Shown here: piece by piece, positions 1 to 11,131 of the stretch
Layout: the number at the start of each line of letters is the position of its first letter
Position numbering within the stretch: the first letter of the stretch is position 1
From: Mobula hypostoma
Taxonomy: Eukaryota
Reading direction: 5' to 3'
DNA length: 64,000 nt
Assembly: GCF_963921235.1 (NCBI RefSeq)
Contig: NC_086109.1
Coordinates: 16,246,001-16,310,000 of the forward strand
Translations under genes and position numbers: made by a program
The notes under the pieces: model-generated
Seen by the model: only the letters and a program-made list of their open reading frames with translations
What the model was told of the DNA's origin: nothing
Databases searched by the model: none

Positions 1-1329
1 TGAGTGTATGTGGCCACTGCTATAGATAAGGCAGGATATAAAACCATAAGACATTTATGTTTATTCATGTATCTATCTATTTGTTTATTCATTCATTCAC
101 ATTTATTTATTTGTTCATTAATTAATTAATTAATTTGTTTGTTTGTTTATTTATTGGTTCATTCATTCATCCGTGCATTTAATTATTTATTTATCTATAG
201 AGCGCAGAGTAAGCTCTCTGCCCGAGCAACACACAACAAACCCAATTAACCCTATTCTAATCTCAGGTCAATTTACAATGACCTATTAATGTACCTGGTA
301 CGTCTTTGGACTGTGGGAGGAAACCTAGGTACCCAGGGAAAACCCACACATTCCACAGGGTGGACATTCAGAGACTCCTTACAGAATGACACCAGAATTG
401 AACTCCGAACTCCGGAATACTCTGGACTGTAATAGCGTTGAGCGATCCTCTACACTATCTTAGCACCCATAGGAACAGAGTTAGACCATTTGGCCCATCG
501 AGTCCACGATGCCATTTGATCACAGCTGATTTATTTTCCCTTTCAACCTTATTTTCCTGCCTTCTTCCTGCAACCTTTGGCGCACTTACTAATCAAGAAC
601 CTATCAAGCTCCACTACAAATATTTATTTATTTATTTATATTCGGGGTGGAATAGGCCCTACCAGCCCTTCGAGCCACGCCACACAGCAATCCCCCACTC
701 TAATCCCAGCCTAATCATAGGACAATATACAATGACCAATTAACTTACCAACTGGTACGTCTTTGGACTGTGGGAGGAAACTAGAGCACCTGGAGGAAAC
801 CCACGCAGTCATGGGGAGAATGTACAAACTCCTTACAGGTAATGGTGAGAATTGAATCCAGGTTTCCTATACCGTAATGTATCATGCTAACCGCTATGCC
901 ACCATGCCACCCAATAAGTTGGCCAATGTACCCAATGACTTGGCCTCCACAGGCTCAACACACTCTGGCTAAAGAAATTCCTCCTCATCTCTGTTCTAAA
1001 GGGATGTCATTGTATTCTGAGGCTGTGCCCGCTGGTCTTAAACACCCCACTCTTAGAAACATCTGGTCCATGTCTCCTCTATCCAGACCCTCCAATGTGC
1101 CTGATATGCCTGACCTAATAGACACTTTAAAAAGCATTGGAGGCCAGGAGCACCAAGTTCATGATCCAGCTAGTGATCTTGGATGACTGGCTTTGCCACT
1201 TCAAAGTCAACTTCATACCAAGAGCATAATGAATGGCAGTGCAAAGTAGTCTAGATGGCCTGCTGATCTAGTGAGATTAACTCTAACAGAATAGTAAACA
1301 TGTAAGGGTTTATTTCAGTAGATCAATAG

Positions 1330-1847
1330 CACTGCTCACTCCAAGCTGCACGAGTGTGCAGCCACGCCACACCTGAAACGTTACCAGACACCTAGCCTAT
1401 ATTGCCACGCAGCTGGAATTTTCTTTTATATAATGTTAATATTATTTTGAACTCTATGTTAATAAAATTGTGAGATACCCTGTAATTAATCACATGTTAA
1501 TGAATATAATCCATAAAATTTCTAAATAATAAATGTACCACAAACTTTACTTTAAAACATTTTAGAGCTTCAACTTATTCACATTGTCAATGTTTAAAGT
1601 TACAGCATTGTTACAAATTGTAATAATAAACGCAGAATGGAAGTCAATAGCTCATTAATTAATAAACCGCCGGTCTGCTGAATGTCAATGTCATCTAATC
1701 AATATTCATAGTATGTATATTTTATTACAAAATATGCAAAAAAAAACATATTTAAAGTGCCACACGGTTTTCAGGCCATGTAAAAATTTCCTGCTTAGAG
1801 CAACAGTTGGTCTGCACAGTTGTAAAAAAAAAATGGAGGGAGCATTG
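1330..1847. mobile_element. Non-autonomous hAT DNA transposon
   Basis: 14-bp TIRs CACTGCTCACTCCA / CAATGCTCCCTCCA (reverse complement of the right end). 8-bp TSD ATCAATAG (1322-1329) / ATCAACAG (1848-1855). AT-rich non-coding interior. Confidence 0.8.
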
Positions 1848-2065
1848 ATCAACAGACCAACATTAGCTACTTATTTGTTGATTCTAAGTAATAACTCAAT
1901 TACACATGATGAGTTTCTGTACATTACCCAAGTCCAAGTATGACAGTTTTAATTGTTATTGTGATGTAATAGCAGACTCCCCTATATGGACTCTGTCTAC
2001 ACTTCTCACGGTCTCAGTAAAGCAGACAACATAATCACCCCGGGCATTTTCTCTTCCATTAGGCA

Positions 2066-2585
2066 GAATATACAAAACAATACTGGAGGAACTTAGCAGC
2101 AAAGGCATCATCCATGGAAATGAACAAACACTCAACATTTCGGGCCGAGACCCTGCCCCAGGACTGGAAAAGAAGGGGGAAAGACACCAGAATAAAAAGG
2201 TGGGGAGAGGGGAAGGAGGATGGCTTGAAGGTGATAGGTGAATCCAGGGGGGTAGGAAAGATAAAAGGCTGGAGAGGAAGGAATCTGATGGGAGAGGAGA
2301 GTAGTCCATAAGAGAAAGGGATTGAGGGGGTTACAGGCAAGTGAGAAAAGGTAAGAGGCCAGAGAGGGGAATAGAAGAGGGAGGAGGATGGAGATTGTTT
2401 TAACCAGGAGAAACCGATATTTGTGCCATCAGGTTGGAGGCTACCAAGACGGATTATAAGGTGGTTTCATTGTGGCACAAGAGGAGGCCATGAACTGACA
2501 TGCTAGAACAGGAATGGAAATCAGATCAAAAGTGATGGGCCACCAGGAAGTTCTGCTTTTGGTGGATGGAGCGAATGAAGAAGAT
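2066..2585 (-). mobile_element. Degenerate Penelope-like element 3' fragment with terminal repeat
   Basis: Reverse-complement similarity to the Penelope copy at 10038-11228, covering the endonuclease tail, pyrimidine-rich UTR and a decayed hammerhead motif at about 2130-2166. Confidence 0.7.
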
Positions 2586-4935
2586 ACAATAGCCTGAAAC
2601 TATGTACCACCAGCTGAGGGACAACTTCTGTCCACTGCTATAAGACTATTAAGTGTTTCCCTAACCTAGAATAAGATGGATTCTTGACCTCAGGATCAAC
2701 TTCTGATCATGCACTTGATTGTCTACCTGCACTGCACTTTGTAGCTGTTACACTCTATTCTGCATTCTAGTATTGTTCTATCTCAATGCACTGTAAAGAA
2801 TTGACCTACTATGTATGAACAATGTGCAAGGCAAGCTTCTCACAGTATCTCAGTCATAGTAGTAGAGTCTACGTCATAGTAGTAGAAACATAGAGCACTA
2901 CAGCTCGGTCCATCTGTGCCAAACTGTGGTTCTGCCACACCGGGACCACAGCCCTCCATCCCTCTTCCATCCATGTACCTATCCAAACATCTCTTAAATA
3001 TTGCAGTTGAACCCACATCCACTACTAACACTCACAGCTCATTCTGTACAAGCTCTGCCCTCTGGAAAAAGAAGTTCCCCTCAGGTTCCCCTTAAAAATG
3101 TGACGATAATAAACCAGTTCCAATTCCAATTGTCTGCCATGAATCAGTTGGTGAATTAGAAGGTTTTTAGCTCAAATTGGTAAGCCCAGGCTAACTGCTA
3201 CATACAATACTAAGGGAGCACAACAGTGTCTCCAGATAGGGCATTACAGTTAAACTGGTTTATTATGTACAGTGAAGAACCTTTCTTGCATATCGTTCAT
3301 ACAGACCAATTCATTGCAATAGTGCATTAAGGAAAAACAATAACCGAGGACAGAATTAAGTGCTTCAATGCAGGTAGACAATTTGGTCAAGGTCACAGCG
3401 AGGTAAACAGTGAGCTCAAGAGTCCAATCATATCACCTAACAAACTTCTCGAATGGATCCTGGGCAATATTTTAAAGAGAAGCAATAGGTTTCTCTGTTC
3501 TTACTTCATCCCTCCAATAAGACTTAATAAGTAATTTAGTTAGACATTACCAAATTGTGGCAACTCACTGTTAGGTGAACAACTATATAAAAGTCTAATT
3601 AATTCAAACTAATCCCAACTTCAAAGTTTCATCTTATCATATTAAGTTCAAATATTCACCTAATTCCTGAATTCTACTGATCCTTTTGGACCAATACTCA
3701 TCCAAAAAAAAGCTGAATTTAGAAATTTTGTATCAGATATTTAGCTAAGTACAGAAACTGCTCTTGATACTGTTTTTTTCTAGGTATTTGAAAATAATCA
3801 GGATTGGAATACTTTTGCTGAGAAGCCTAATAACACCTCGATGAATGCAAAGAATAAAAATTAGGATGAATATGACATTCAAAAGAATTCATTTGGATTC
3901 AATTGAATGATAATAATGGACTGTGTGGACAGAAGAGATGAAATAGTTGTGAGAATTTCTGGAGAAATAAAATGGAATGTAAGCAGGATTAGGTAACAGT
4001 AATATGGGTAATGTCAGAGTAAATCATTTTATGATAGTCATTCTTTTATAAGTCCTACTTCAGATATCATTTAAATACGACTTTACGGTGAATGTAATAT
4101 TGGCATGAACATGAATGACGGTGAAAGAAGATATAATTATCATATTTTGATACCTAACTTTTATTAATAACCAGCACAAATTACACCAGTATTACACATA
4201 CTAATTTATGAAGTAAAATTATGATGTATATTTATACTTATTGTGCATATTTTATAACCATGATTTTTTTCTCCACCTGCCTTTTGATTTAACACTGTTT
4301 GTAGCTGTGATAGTTCCACTTTGTTTGTACAATGAACTTTTCATCATGTTTCCATATCTAGATGTCACATTAATAATATTTCACTTATTTAAGTATTCTC
4401 GCTGCTATTGTTATTACACCAATTGTTTGTCTGTGTATTCCTGAGGGCTGGCGTTCCTTTTGGACGTATTTCACCGAAACTTAATGTGATCCCCAGAATT
4501 TTTTGTGGATCAAAAAGTGGGGTACATAAGCCTGAAGAAATTAAAAATCCTTCGATTAGATACCTGGAACAAGTTAAGGACACCGGACGAGTGGACTAAC
4601 AAATGTCTTATTTCTGGCAGAAGTGGGGGCTGCCATTTCCTCAATTAACTCTTTTTGTATTGGAGCACTTGGAAGTGGACATAATAAAGACCCTACCAAT
4701 AATTACTAATCAGAGATCATTCCCACAGAATTTGGTGAGGAACGTTGTCTCCCATCTGCTTCTCTTTCCCATTTGCTTTTGTCCCTAATTAGGCCATTAA
4801 GTCAACTGCTTCACTTCAACTTCTCTTCTTTTGAACCTCTGGGTACAAACAGGAAGTGGCTGCCCCACTTAATTGGAAGGCACTTGTTCCTTCACCCTCA
4901 TCACTTCCAGCTGGCTGAAAAACAAAAATAAGATC

Positions 4936-5127
4936 ATGGATGCAGAGAAGTGGAAAAGTCAGTGTCAGAATTTACGGGCTGCTATGAATGTAGTGCAGGG
5001 GTTGGCAGTGGATAAAAGCTTCTAGGGGAGGATTGTTTCTCCTCTTGTGGAGAAGTGCCAACCTCTGCAATGCATTCATAGCAGTCCGTAAATTCTGACA
5101 CCGACTTTCACATTTCTTTACTTCCGT
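4936..5127. repeat. Long imperfect inverted repeat (72-bp arms, 48-bp loop)
   Basis: 4936-5007 aligns ungapped to the reverse complement of 5056-5127 with about 12 mismatches (5 in the inner 47 bp). Confidence 0.9.
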
Positions 5128-5471
5128 ATTCGCCTTTCTACACCTCCCTTCACTTCTGTATTATCACAGGTTCACACCGATTCCAACACTGACTCATGAT
5201 TAAATAGGCCTGTCCCTTCTCCTGCAGCATTTCACTTTCTATTCTCTCTCTCTAGTTTTCTTCCTGCAATCACAGTGGCTTCTGATATAACTGCACTGTG
5301 TATGTAATTTCCCATTTTAAAATCCTGAGCTTCTAACCTATGGTGTGCATCAACTCGAAACAGGGCCCTGAGCGCTCTCTTCTTGTCCTGATGAATGGTC
5401 TCAGGCCGAAACTTTGACTATTAATTTCTCTCCAGTGACGCTACCTGACCTGCTAAGTTCCTCCAGCGCAA

Positions 5472-5473
<2 letters not shown>

Positions 5474-5510
<37 letters not shown>

Positions 5511-5515
5511 GTGTG
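5474..5515 (+). repeat. (TG)n microsatellite expanded inside a Penelope terminal repeat
   Basis: About 21 TG units at the position where other copies read TTTTGTGTGTG. Confidence 0.95.
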
Positions 5516-6184
5516 TTACTCTGGATTTCCAGCTTCTGCAGAATCTCTTGTGTCTAAGGGGGAGAGTAACCTATATTCTCCGGGGCATTGTTTTTTAAGA
5601 GGACCAAGCAAAAGTGGGATGTGAGAAAGAAACAGCAATTATCTTGGGTGATTTTAATTTATATATTGATTGGAAGAGGACTGCATCGGGATGTTTCTTA
5701 GAGCAGTAGGTTACAGAACCTTTCCAGGAACAGCCTGTGATGAGAGGCTGTAACAAAGAACCCAAATGCTGGTGTATCCGAGGCAAGATCAAGACACGGA
5801 ATAAGCTGGAACGAGAACTGAGCACGAACAAAGCGCTAACCGATATCTCAAGTTGAGTTTACAATGGAGCACTGAGGCTCCGTTCAGATGCTCTTTAAAA
5901 ATACTCAACTCTTGCTGCCAAAACACTATTGTCAATTAGCGGGATGGTCCTGAACCCTATACTCCAGAGAGTTGGAGCGTCTGAACCCCGGGAACTGGTG
6001 CAGTTAGGTGTTTCTCATAACAAGATTTTGGTCATGTGTAATGAGGCAGGATTAGTAAAAGGGAGCAATGATCAGATTTGATAGAATTATGGATGCAGTT
6101 TGAGGGCAAGAATGTGGGATCCATAACCAGTGTGCTAGATTTAAGTAAGGGTAATTTCAATAGTTTGGAATGGACTGTCTAAAT

Positions 6185-6252
6185 CAAGGGTTCCAAACAT
6201 TTTTTATCCTATAGAACCATTAAGCATTAAGCAAGGGGTCCATAGACCCCTG
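6185..6252. mobile_element. 68-bp hAT-Charlie-type MITE remnant
   Basis: Ends CAAGGGTT...ACCCCTG. Exact 8-bp TSD GTCTAAAT (6177-6184, 6253-6260), resembling the Charlie NTCTAGAN target. Confidence 0.75.
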
Positions 6253-6453
6253 GTCTAAATGGACTAATACATAGGTCAATCTGTGAGCATATTTCAACAG
6301 CTGGCACATAACGCTCAACAGTCATGTATACCAATCAGAAATAGGGATCTCAGGAGAAAGATAAACCGTCTGTAGTTAGCAAAGGAATCAAAGCAAACTA
6401 TTTAATCAAAGACAAAAACATACAAGTGGCAAGAGCTAGTGGTAGACCAGAGG

Positions 6454-6654
6454 CAAAGCAACACACAGGAAATGCTGGAGGAACTCAGCAAGCCGGGCAG
6501 CATCTATGGAAAAGAGAACAGTCGACATTTGGGGCTGAGACCCTTCTTCAGGACTGGAGCAAAAAAGATGAGGAGTCAGAGTGGGAAGGGGTGGGGGGAG
6601 AGGGGAGGAAGAAACATAAGGAGATAGGTGAAAATCAGGAGGGGGATATCATGA
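6454..6654 (-). mobile_element. Penelope terminal-repeat insertion with decayed hammerhead motif
   Basis: 12-bp TSD GTAGACCAGAGG (6442-6453, 6655-6666). Interior matches the reverse complement of 11040-11200. Confidence 0.75.
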
Positions 6655-7560
6655 GTAGACCAGAGGACTAGGAGTTTTACAAGAACCAGCAGAGAGTGAC
6701 TAAGAATTAACAAAAGTGGAGGAAGTTGATTCGAAGGGAAAACTGGGAAGTAATAACAACACCAGGGTTTCTATGGATGCATAAAAAGAAAGGGTTAAAC
6801 AAAACCAAGGCAAATAAGTGAAATTAAAACTTTGTTCCAGCCTGCATGGTCGAGTGCACGGCAAATTTCTCAGTAGTATCTGGTGTGTAGTTTCAAATAG
6901 TAAAGAGCAACTTGCAGCATCACTGTCGTGGGAGACAGGATATTGTAAAAGCTGATAGAACTGAAGACAGGCAACTTGCCCACGTCCCAATAGCTTGCAT
7001 TTCAAAGGAAGTGAATGCAGAGAGAGAGAGTGGAACCTATGACTGAAACTCACCGAGTTCCGGCAAGGTACCAGCAATTGGGGAACCGCATGTGTAACTT
7101 TATTGTTGAAGATCTGAGGAAGACAAAAGTTGAGCCAATATGGGCTTGCAGCTTAATGTCTATTATTGGCAAGATGTTGGAGTTTTTAATCAAAGAAATA
7201 GCTAGCCACTTAGAGAACTTCAAAGCAATCAGCATAGTTTCATGGAAGGTAACTCATGTTTGACAAATTTGCGAGAATTTTTTGACCTTGGAAAAATTTG
7301 AGTTGATAGAATGGAACATGTGGATTAGTATAATTAAGATGGTGGTACACTTTGTTGCATTGATCCCTCCAGGTCCAATAAGAAATGTAAATATTAGTCT
7401 TAAATGTCTTCCTTGTGATTGGAAGACCCTGATGGGCATTGATAATACAAAATCTGGTTTATTGGGGAAACCAAAGGCAGGCGAGCTATGTGGCCTCTGG
7501 TGTTGCATGGATCAGGTCCTTATGCTAGAGTCACAAAACAATATTGGCCCAAGTCCGTGA

Positions 7561-7917
7561 AGATTGGTGGTGCATGGGGTGTTGTCCTGGAGCCATGTTT
7601 CTGCAAAAACAAGTACACAGCAGCTCCTCATCTCCCACAGCCACAGACGAAGGTAATCCAGTTTGTCACCTGTTACAGCCATCCAGGGGAGGAGGTGAAT
7701 GAGGCGGTGTCAAAAAGTACAGGGGCATGGTGACATGCCGAAATCCATGTTGGGTTGGTGGCTCGCTTCAGCAGTCTGGCTCTCCTGTAGGTGCTGCTCT
7801 CTAGTACTCACTCCCTGAAAGACAACCTTTGTCTGTGGCAGCGGGAGATGAGGAACTGCTGCGTGCTTGTTCTTGCAGGAGCATGGCTCCAGGGAACATC
7901 CCATGCACTATCAACCT
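7561..7917. repeat. Inverted repeat with ~98-bp arms
   Basis: 7561-7659 versus the reverse complement of 7821-7917. Also visible as near-identical peptides LEPC.CKNK.AA.PHLP.PQTKV in opposite-strand ORFs. Confidence 0.85.
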
Positions 7918-8428
7918 CCAGGCCATGCCATTCAGGGACTTAAGCTAATATTATTTTGTGACTGTATGTGCTATTGTAACTATATACGCAGTATGCTGTG
8001 TGTGACTGTTGGTGCTGGAGGACTGCTGTTTCGTAGCTGTATACATGTTTATGGTTAAATGACAATTAAACGAACTTGATTTTCAGAAGGAATTTGACGC
8101 CGAGTCACGTAACTGGCTGGTGTACAATATACAATAGTTCAATGGTTCAGTTGTTCAATTTAATATCAGAGTGTGGTGGCTCACCCACACACCAAGTGAA
8201 CCAGCTCCAGCAGTCGCCGGTGAGCCCTCAGCCAGCGGCAACCGAGAGGACTCTGAGTGCGGGGCAGACCTTGGCCCGGAAGCCGATGTCGCTTTTGCCC
8301 CGCAAAGAGTGGGGGTTGCTGGGAGCAGGTTACTTAAGCGTGCACCGATTCAAACAGTAAACAGTTCAACCCGACCCTGCTCGAGTCAGTGTATTGTTTT
8401 CACTCGTAGCACATCAGCGCAACCACAT

Positions 8429-8442
8429 TGGTGACCCCGACG
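8429..8442 (+). promoter_or_regulatory. Primer-binding site complementary to the tRNA-Trp 3' end
   Basis: TGGTGACCCCGACG starts one base after the 5' LTR and matches the known tRNA-Trp PBS (TGGTGACCCCGACGTG). Confidence 0.8.
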
Positions 8443-8465
8443 GTCCTACGGCATTTGGACCCGAC

Positions 8466-9960
8466 ATGAATGACTCGGCTCCACAGAATGCAGTTTCCCT
8501 TAAACTGCCAACCTTCTGGACCACCCAGTCCCTGGTCTGGTTTGAGCAAGCGAAGGCCCAGTTCCAGGTCAGGCAAATTGTCTCAGACGCCACCAGGTAT
8601 TACTACGCGGTGGGTGCCCTCGATCAGGAGACAGCGGGCCGTGTTATCGACTTTCTGCGTCAGCCCCCGGCAACCGACAGGTACGAGGCATCAGATCCCA
8701 GTCCACCTGGATGATGTGCCCAAGACAGCCCTCATTACCCCCTTTGGCCTGTTCGAGTTCCTCAGGACGCCGTTCGGCTCAAAAACACGGTGCAGACGTT
8801 CCAGCGCCTGATGGACGCAGTAGGGCAAGGTCTGGACTTTCTGTTCATCTACCTGGATGACATACTTATCGCCAGCCACTCCCGCCAGGAACATCTAGCA
8901 CATCTACGCCTGCTCTGCCACTGCCTAAGAGACTACGGCCTGGCTATCAACCCCGCCAAGTGCCAGTTCAGCTTAGCCGCTATCGACTTCTTGGGACACC
9001 GGATCCAATCAGTGTACTCTCTGTCTCCAGGGGTGGATTATGCGGCGTTAGCTGAGGCGCAAGAGCTGGATGGAGAGATGCTGGCGTACCGAACCGCAGT
9101 CTCAGGACTCCACCTCGAAGACATATCCATTGGACCCGAAGGTAATGAGCTCCTTTGCGATGTGTCCACCGTGCAACCTCGACCCATTGTCCCAACCGCT
9201 TGGAGGCACCGCGTTTTTGACACCTTGCACGGTTTAGCCCACCCTTCCACCCGGGCGACCATCCGGCTGATCGCAGACTGGTTTGTGTGACACGGCCTAT
9301 GCAAGCAGGTTGGGCACTGGGCCAGGGCATGCATGCACTGTCAAACCTCCAACATCCAGAGGCACGTGAGGGCCCCACTGCAAACCCTTCCAGCTGACGC
9401 ATAGGAGGTTCAGACATGTCCATGTGGACATCATCGGCCCACTGCCGGTTTCAAGACGAGCGTAGTACCTGGTCACCATGGTGGACAGGTTCACGAGGTG
9501 GCCGGAAGCTATCCCACTCGCTGACACGGCCACGGAGACATGCGCCAGAGCCCTGCTTGCCACCTGGGTGGGATGGTTCAGACTCCCAGCCCACGTCACT
9601 TCAGACAGGGGAGTAAAGTTCACATCGGCTTTGTGGTCTGCACTGGCACAACTCCTCGGAACGCAGCTCCACCGAACGACCGCTTACCACCCGCAGTCCA
9701 ACGGCCTGGTGGAACGTTTCCACAGGCACTTGAAGTCGGTCCTGATGGCACGCCTCCGAGGGCCAGACTGGGTGGACAAACTCCCCTGGGTGCTGCTTGG
9801 CATCCGCACTGCACCCGAGGAGGACCTGGCCGCATCATCGGCCGAATTTGCTTACGGTCCCCGCTCACAGTTCCTGGTGAGTTTGTGCCAGCACCCTGGG
9901 GCCAGGAGGACACACCTACGGTGGTCCTAACTTAACTCCGGGAGCGGCTTGGAACTCTTG
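8466..9960 (+). pseudogene. Disrupted Gypsy gag-pol (gag N-terminus, partial RT, integrase)
   Basis: gag SLKLPTFW..WFEQAKAQF. RT HQIPV..KTALITPFGLFEF and YLDDILI. Integrase H-H zinc-finger region and DRFTRWPEAIPL..SDRG..TTAYHPQSNGLVERFHR. Frameshifts and stops; protease and RNase H deleted. Confidence 0.9.
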
Positions 9961-10037
9961 CCCCAGTCCTGATGTCCCATCACAGAACAGCACCCTCTTT
10001 TGTGCCCAGGGACCTACAACAGAACAAGTATATTTTT

Positions 10038-10796
10038 CATTCTAGGACGAGGGAGATGTCTTCCTTTTTTAAAGAAAGGGGCTTCCCTTCCTCCACTATC
10101 AACTCTGCTCTTAAACGCATCTCCCCCATTTCACGTACATCTGCTCTCACTCCATCCTCCCACCACCCCACTAGGAATAGGGTTCCCCTGGTCCTCACCT
10201 ACCACCCCACCAGCCTCCGGGTCCAACATATTATTCTCCGTAACTTCCGCCACCTCCAACGGGATCCCACCACTAAGCACATCTTTCCCTCCCCCCCCTC
10301 TGCATTCTGCAGGGATCGCTCCCTACACAACTCCCTTGTCCATTCGTCCCCCCCATCCCTCCCCAATGATCTCCCCCCTGGCACTTATCCGTGTAAGCGG
10401 AACAAGTGCTACTCATGCCCTTACACTTCCTCACTTACCACCATTCAGGGCCCCAAACAGTCCTTCCAGGTGAGGCATCACTTCACCTGTGAGTCGGCTG
10501 GGGTGATATACTGCATCCGGTGCTCCCGATGTGGCCTTTTATATATTGGCGAGACCCGACGCAGACTGGGAGACCACTTTGCTGAACATCTACGCTCTGT
10601 CCGCCAGAGAAAGCAGGATCTCCCAGTGGCCACACATTTTAATTCCACATCCCATTCCCATTCTGACATGTCTATCCACGGCCTCCTCTACTGTAAAGAT
10701 GAAGCCACACTCAGGTTGGAGGAACAACACCTTATATTCCGTCTGGGTGGCCTCCAATCTGATGGCATGAACATCGACTTCTCTAACTTCCGCTAA
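10038..10796 (+). CDS. Penelope ORF C-terminus: RT linker plus GIY-YIG endonuclease (5'-truncated)
   Basis: CxxxxCxxC linker (CKRNKCYSC), VIYCIRCSRCGLLYIGETRRRLGDHFAEH, PVATHFN and E-Q-LI...GMN. No stops in about 250 codons. Confidence 0.88.
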   Translation, partial: HSRTREMSSFFKERGFPSSTINSALKRISPISRTSALTPSSHHPTRNRVPLVLTYHPTSLRVQHIILRNFRHLQRDPTTKHIFPSPPSAFCRDRSLHNSLVHSSPPSLPNDLPPGTYPCKRNKCYSCPYTSSLTTIQGPKQSFQVRHHFTCESAGVIYCIRCSRCGLLYIGETRRRLGDHFAEHLRSVRQRKQDLPVATHFNSTSHSHSDMSIHGLLYCKDEATLRLEEQHLIFRLGGLQSDGMNIDFSNFR

Positions 10797-11095
10797 GGCC
10801 CCACCTCCCCCTCGTACCCCATCTGTTACTCATTTTTATGCACACATTCTTTCTCTCACTCTCCTTTTTCTCCCTCTGTCCCTCTGAATATACCTCTTGC
10901 CCATCCTCTGGGTCCCCCCCCCACCCCGCTTGTCTTTCTTCCCGGACCTCCTGTCCCATGATCCTCTCGTATCCCTTTTACCAATCACCTGTCCAGCTCT
11001 TGGCTCCATCCTTCCCCCTCCTGTCTTCTCCTATCATTTTGGATCTCCCCCTCCCCCTCCAACTTTCAAATTCCTTACTCACTCTTCCTTCAGTT

Positions 11096-11131
11096 AGTCC
11101 TGACGAAGGGTCTCGGCCTGAAACGTCGACT
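11096..11131 (+). ncRNA. Minimal type-I hammerhead ribozyme motif in a Penelope terminal repeat
   Basis: Stem I AGTC/GACT. Core CTGACGA (11100-11106). Stem II AGG/CCT. GAAA (11120-11123). Palindromic ACGT stem III. GTC cleavage triplet ending at 11127. Confidence 0.8.

Larger units (their letters stand above)
5560..7330 (+). mobile_element. Old fragmented CR1 LINE ORF2 with nested insertions
   Basis: Endonuclease-like ILGDFNL..DW at about 5638-5672. RT N-terminal-like SIIGKMLEFLIK..IASHLE at about 7160-7220. Many stops. Confidence 0.6.

Noticed and set aside
3500..4830. Possible very old minus-strand L1 remnant (faint ORF1/ORF2-like words such as FRLMYP)
   Set aside because: Similarity is too weak to support by eye and needs a profile-HMM search.
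5749..6022. Possible solo LTR (TGTAAC...ATAACA) inside the old CR1
   Set aside because: No TSD and no second copy in the window, so left uncalled.
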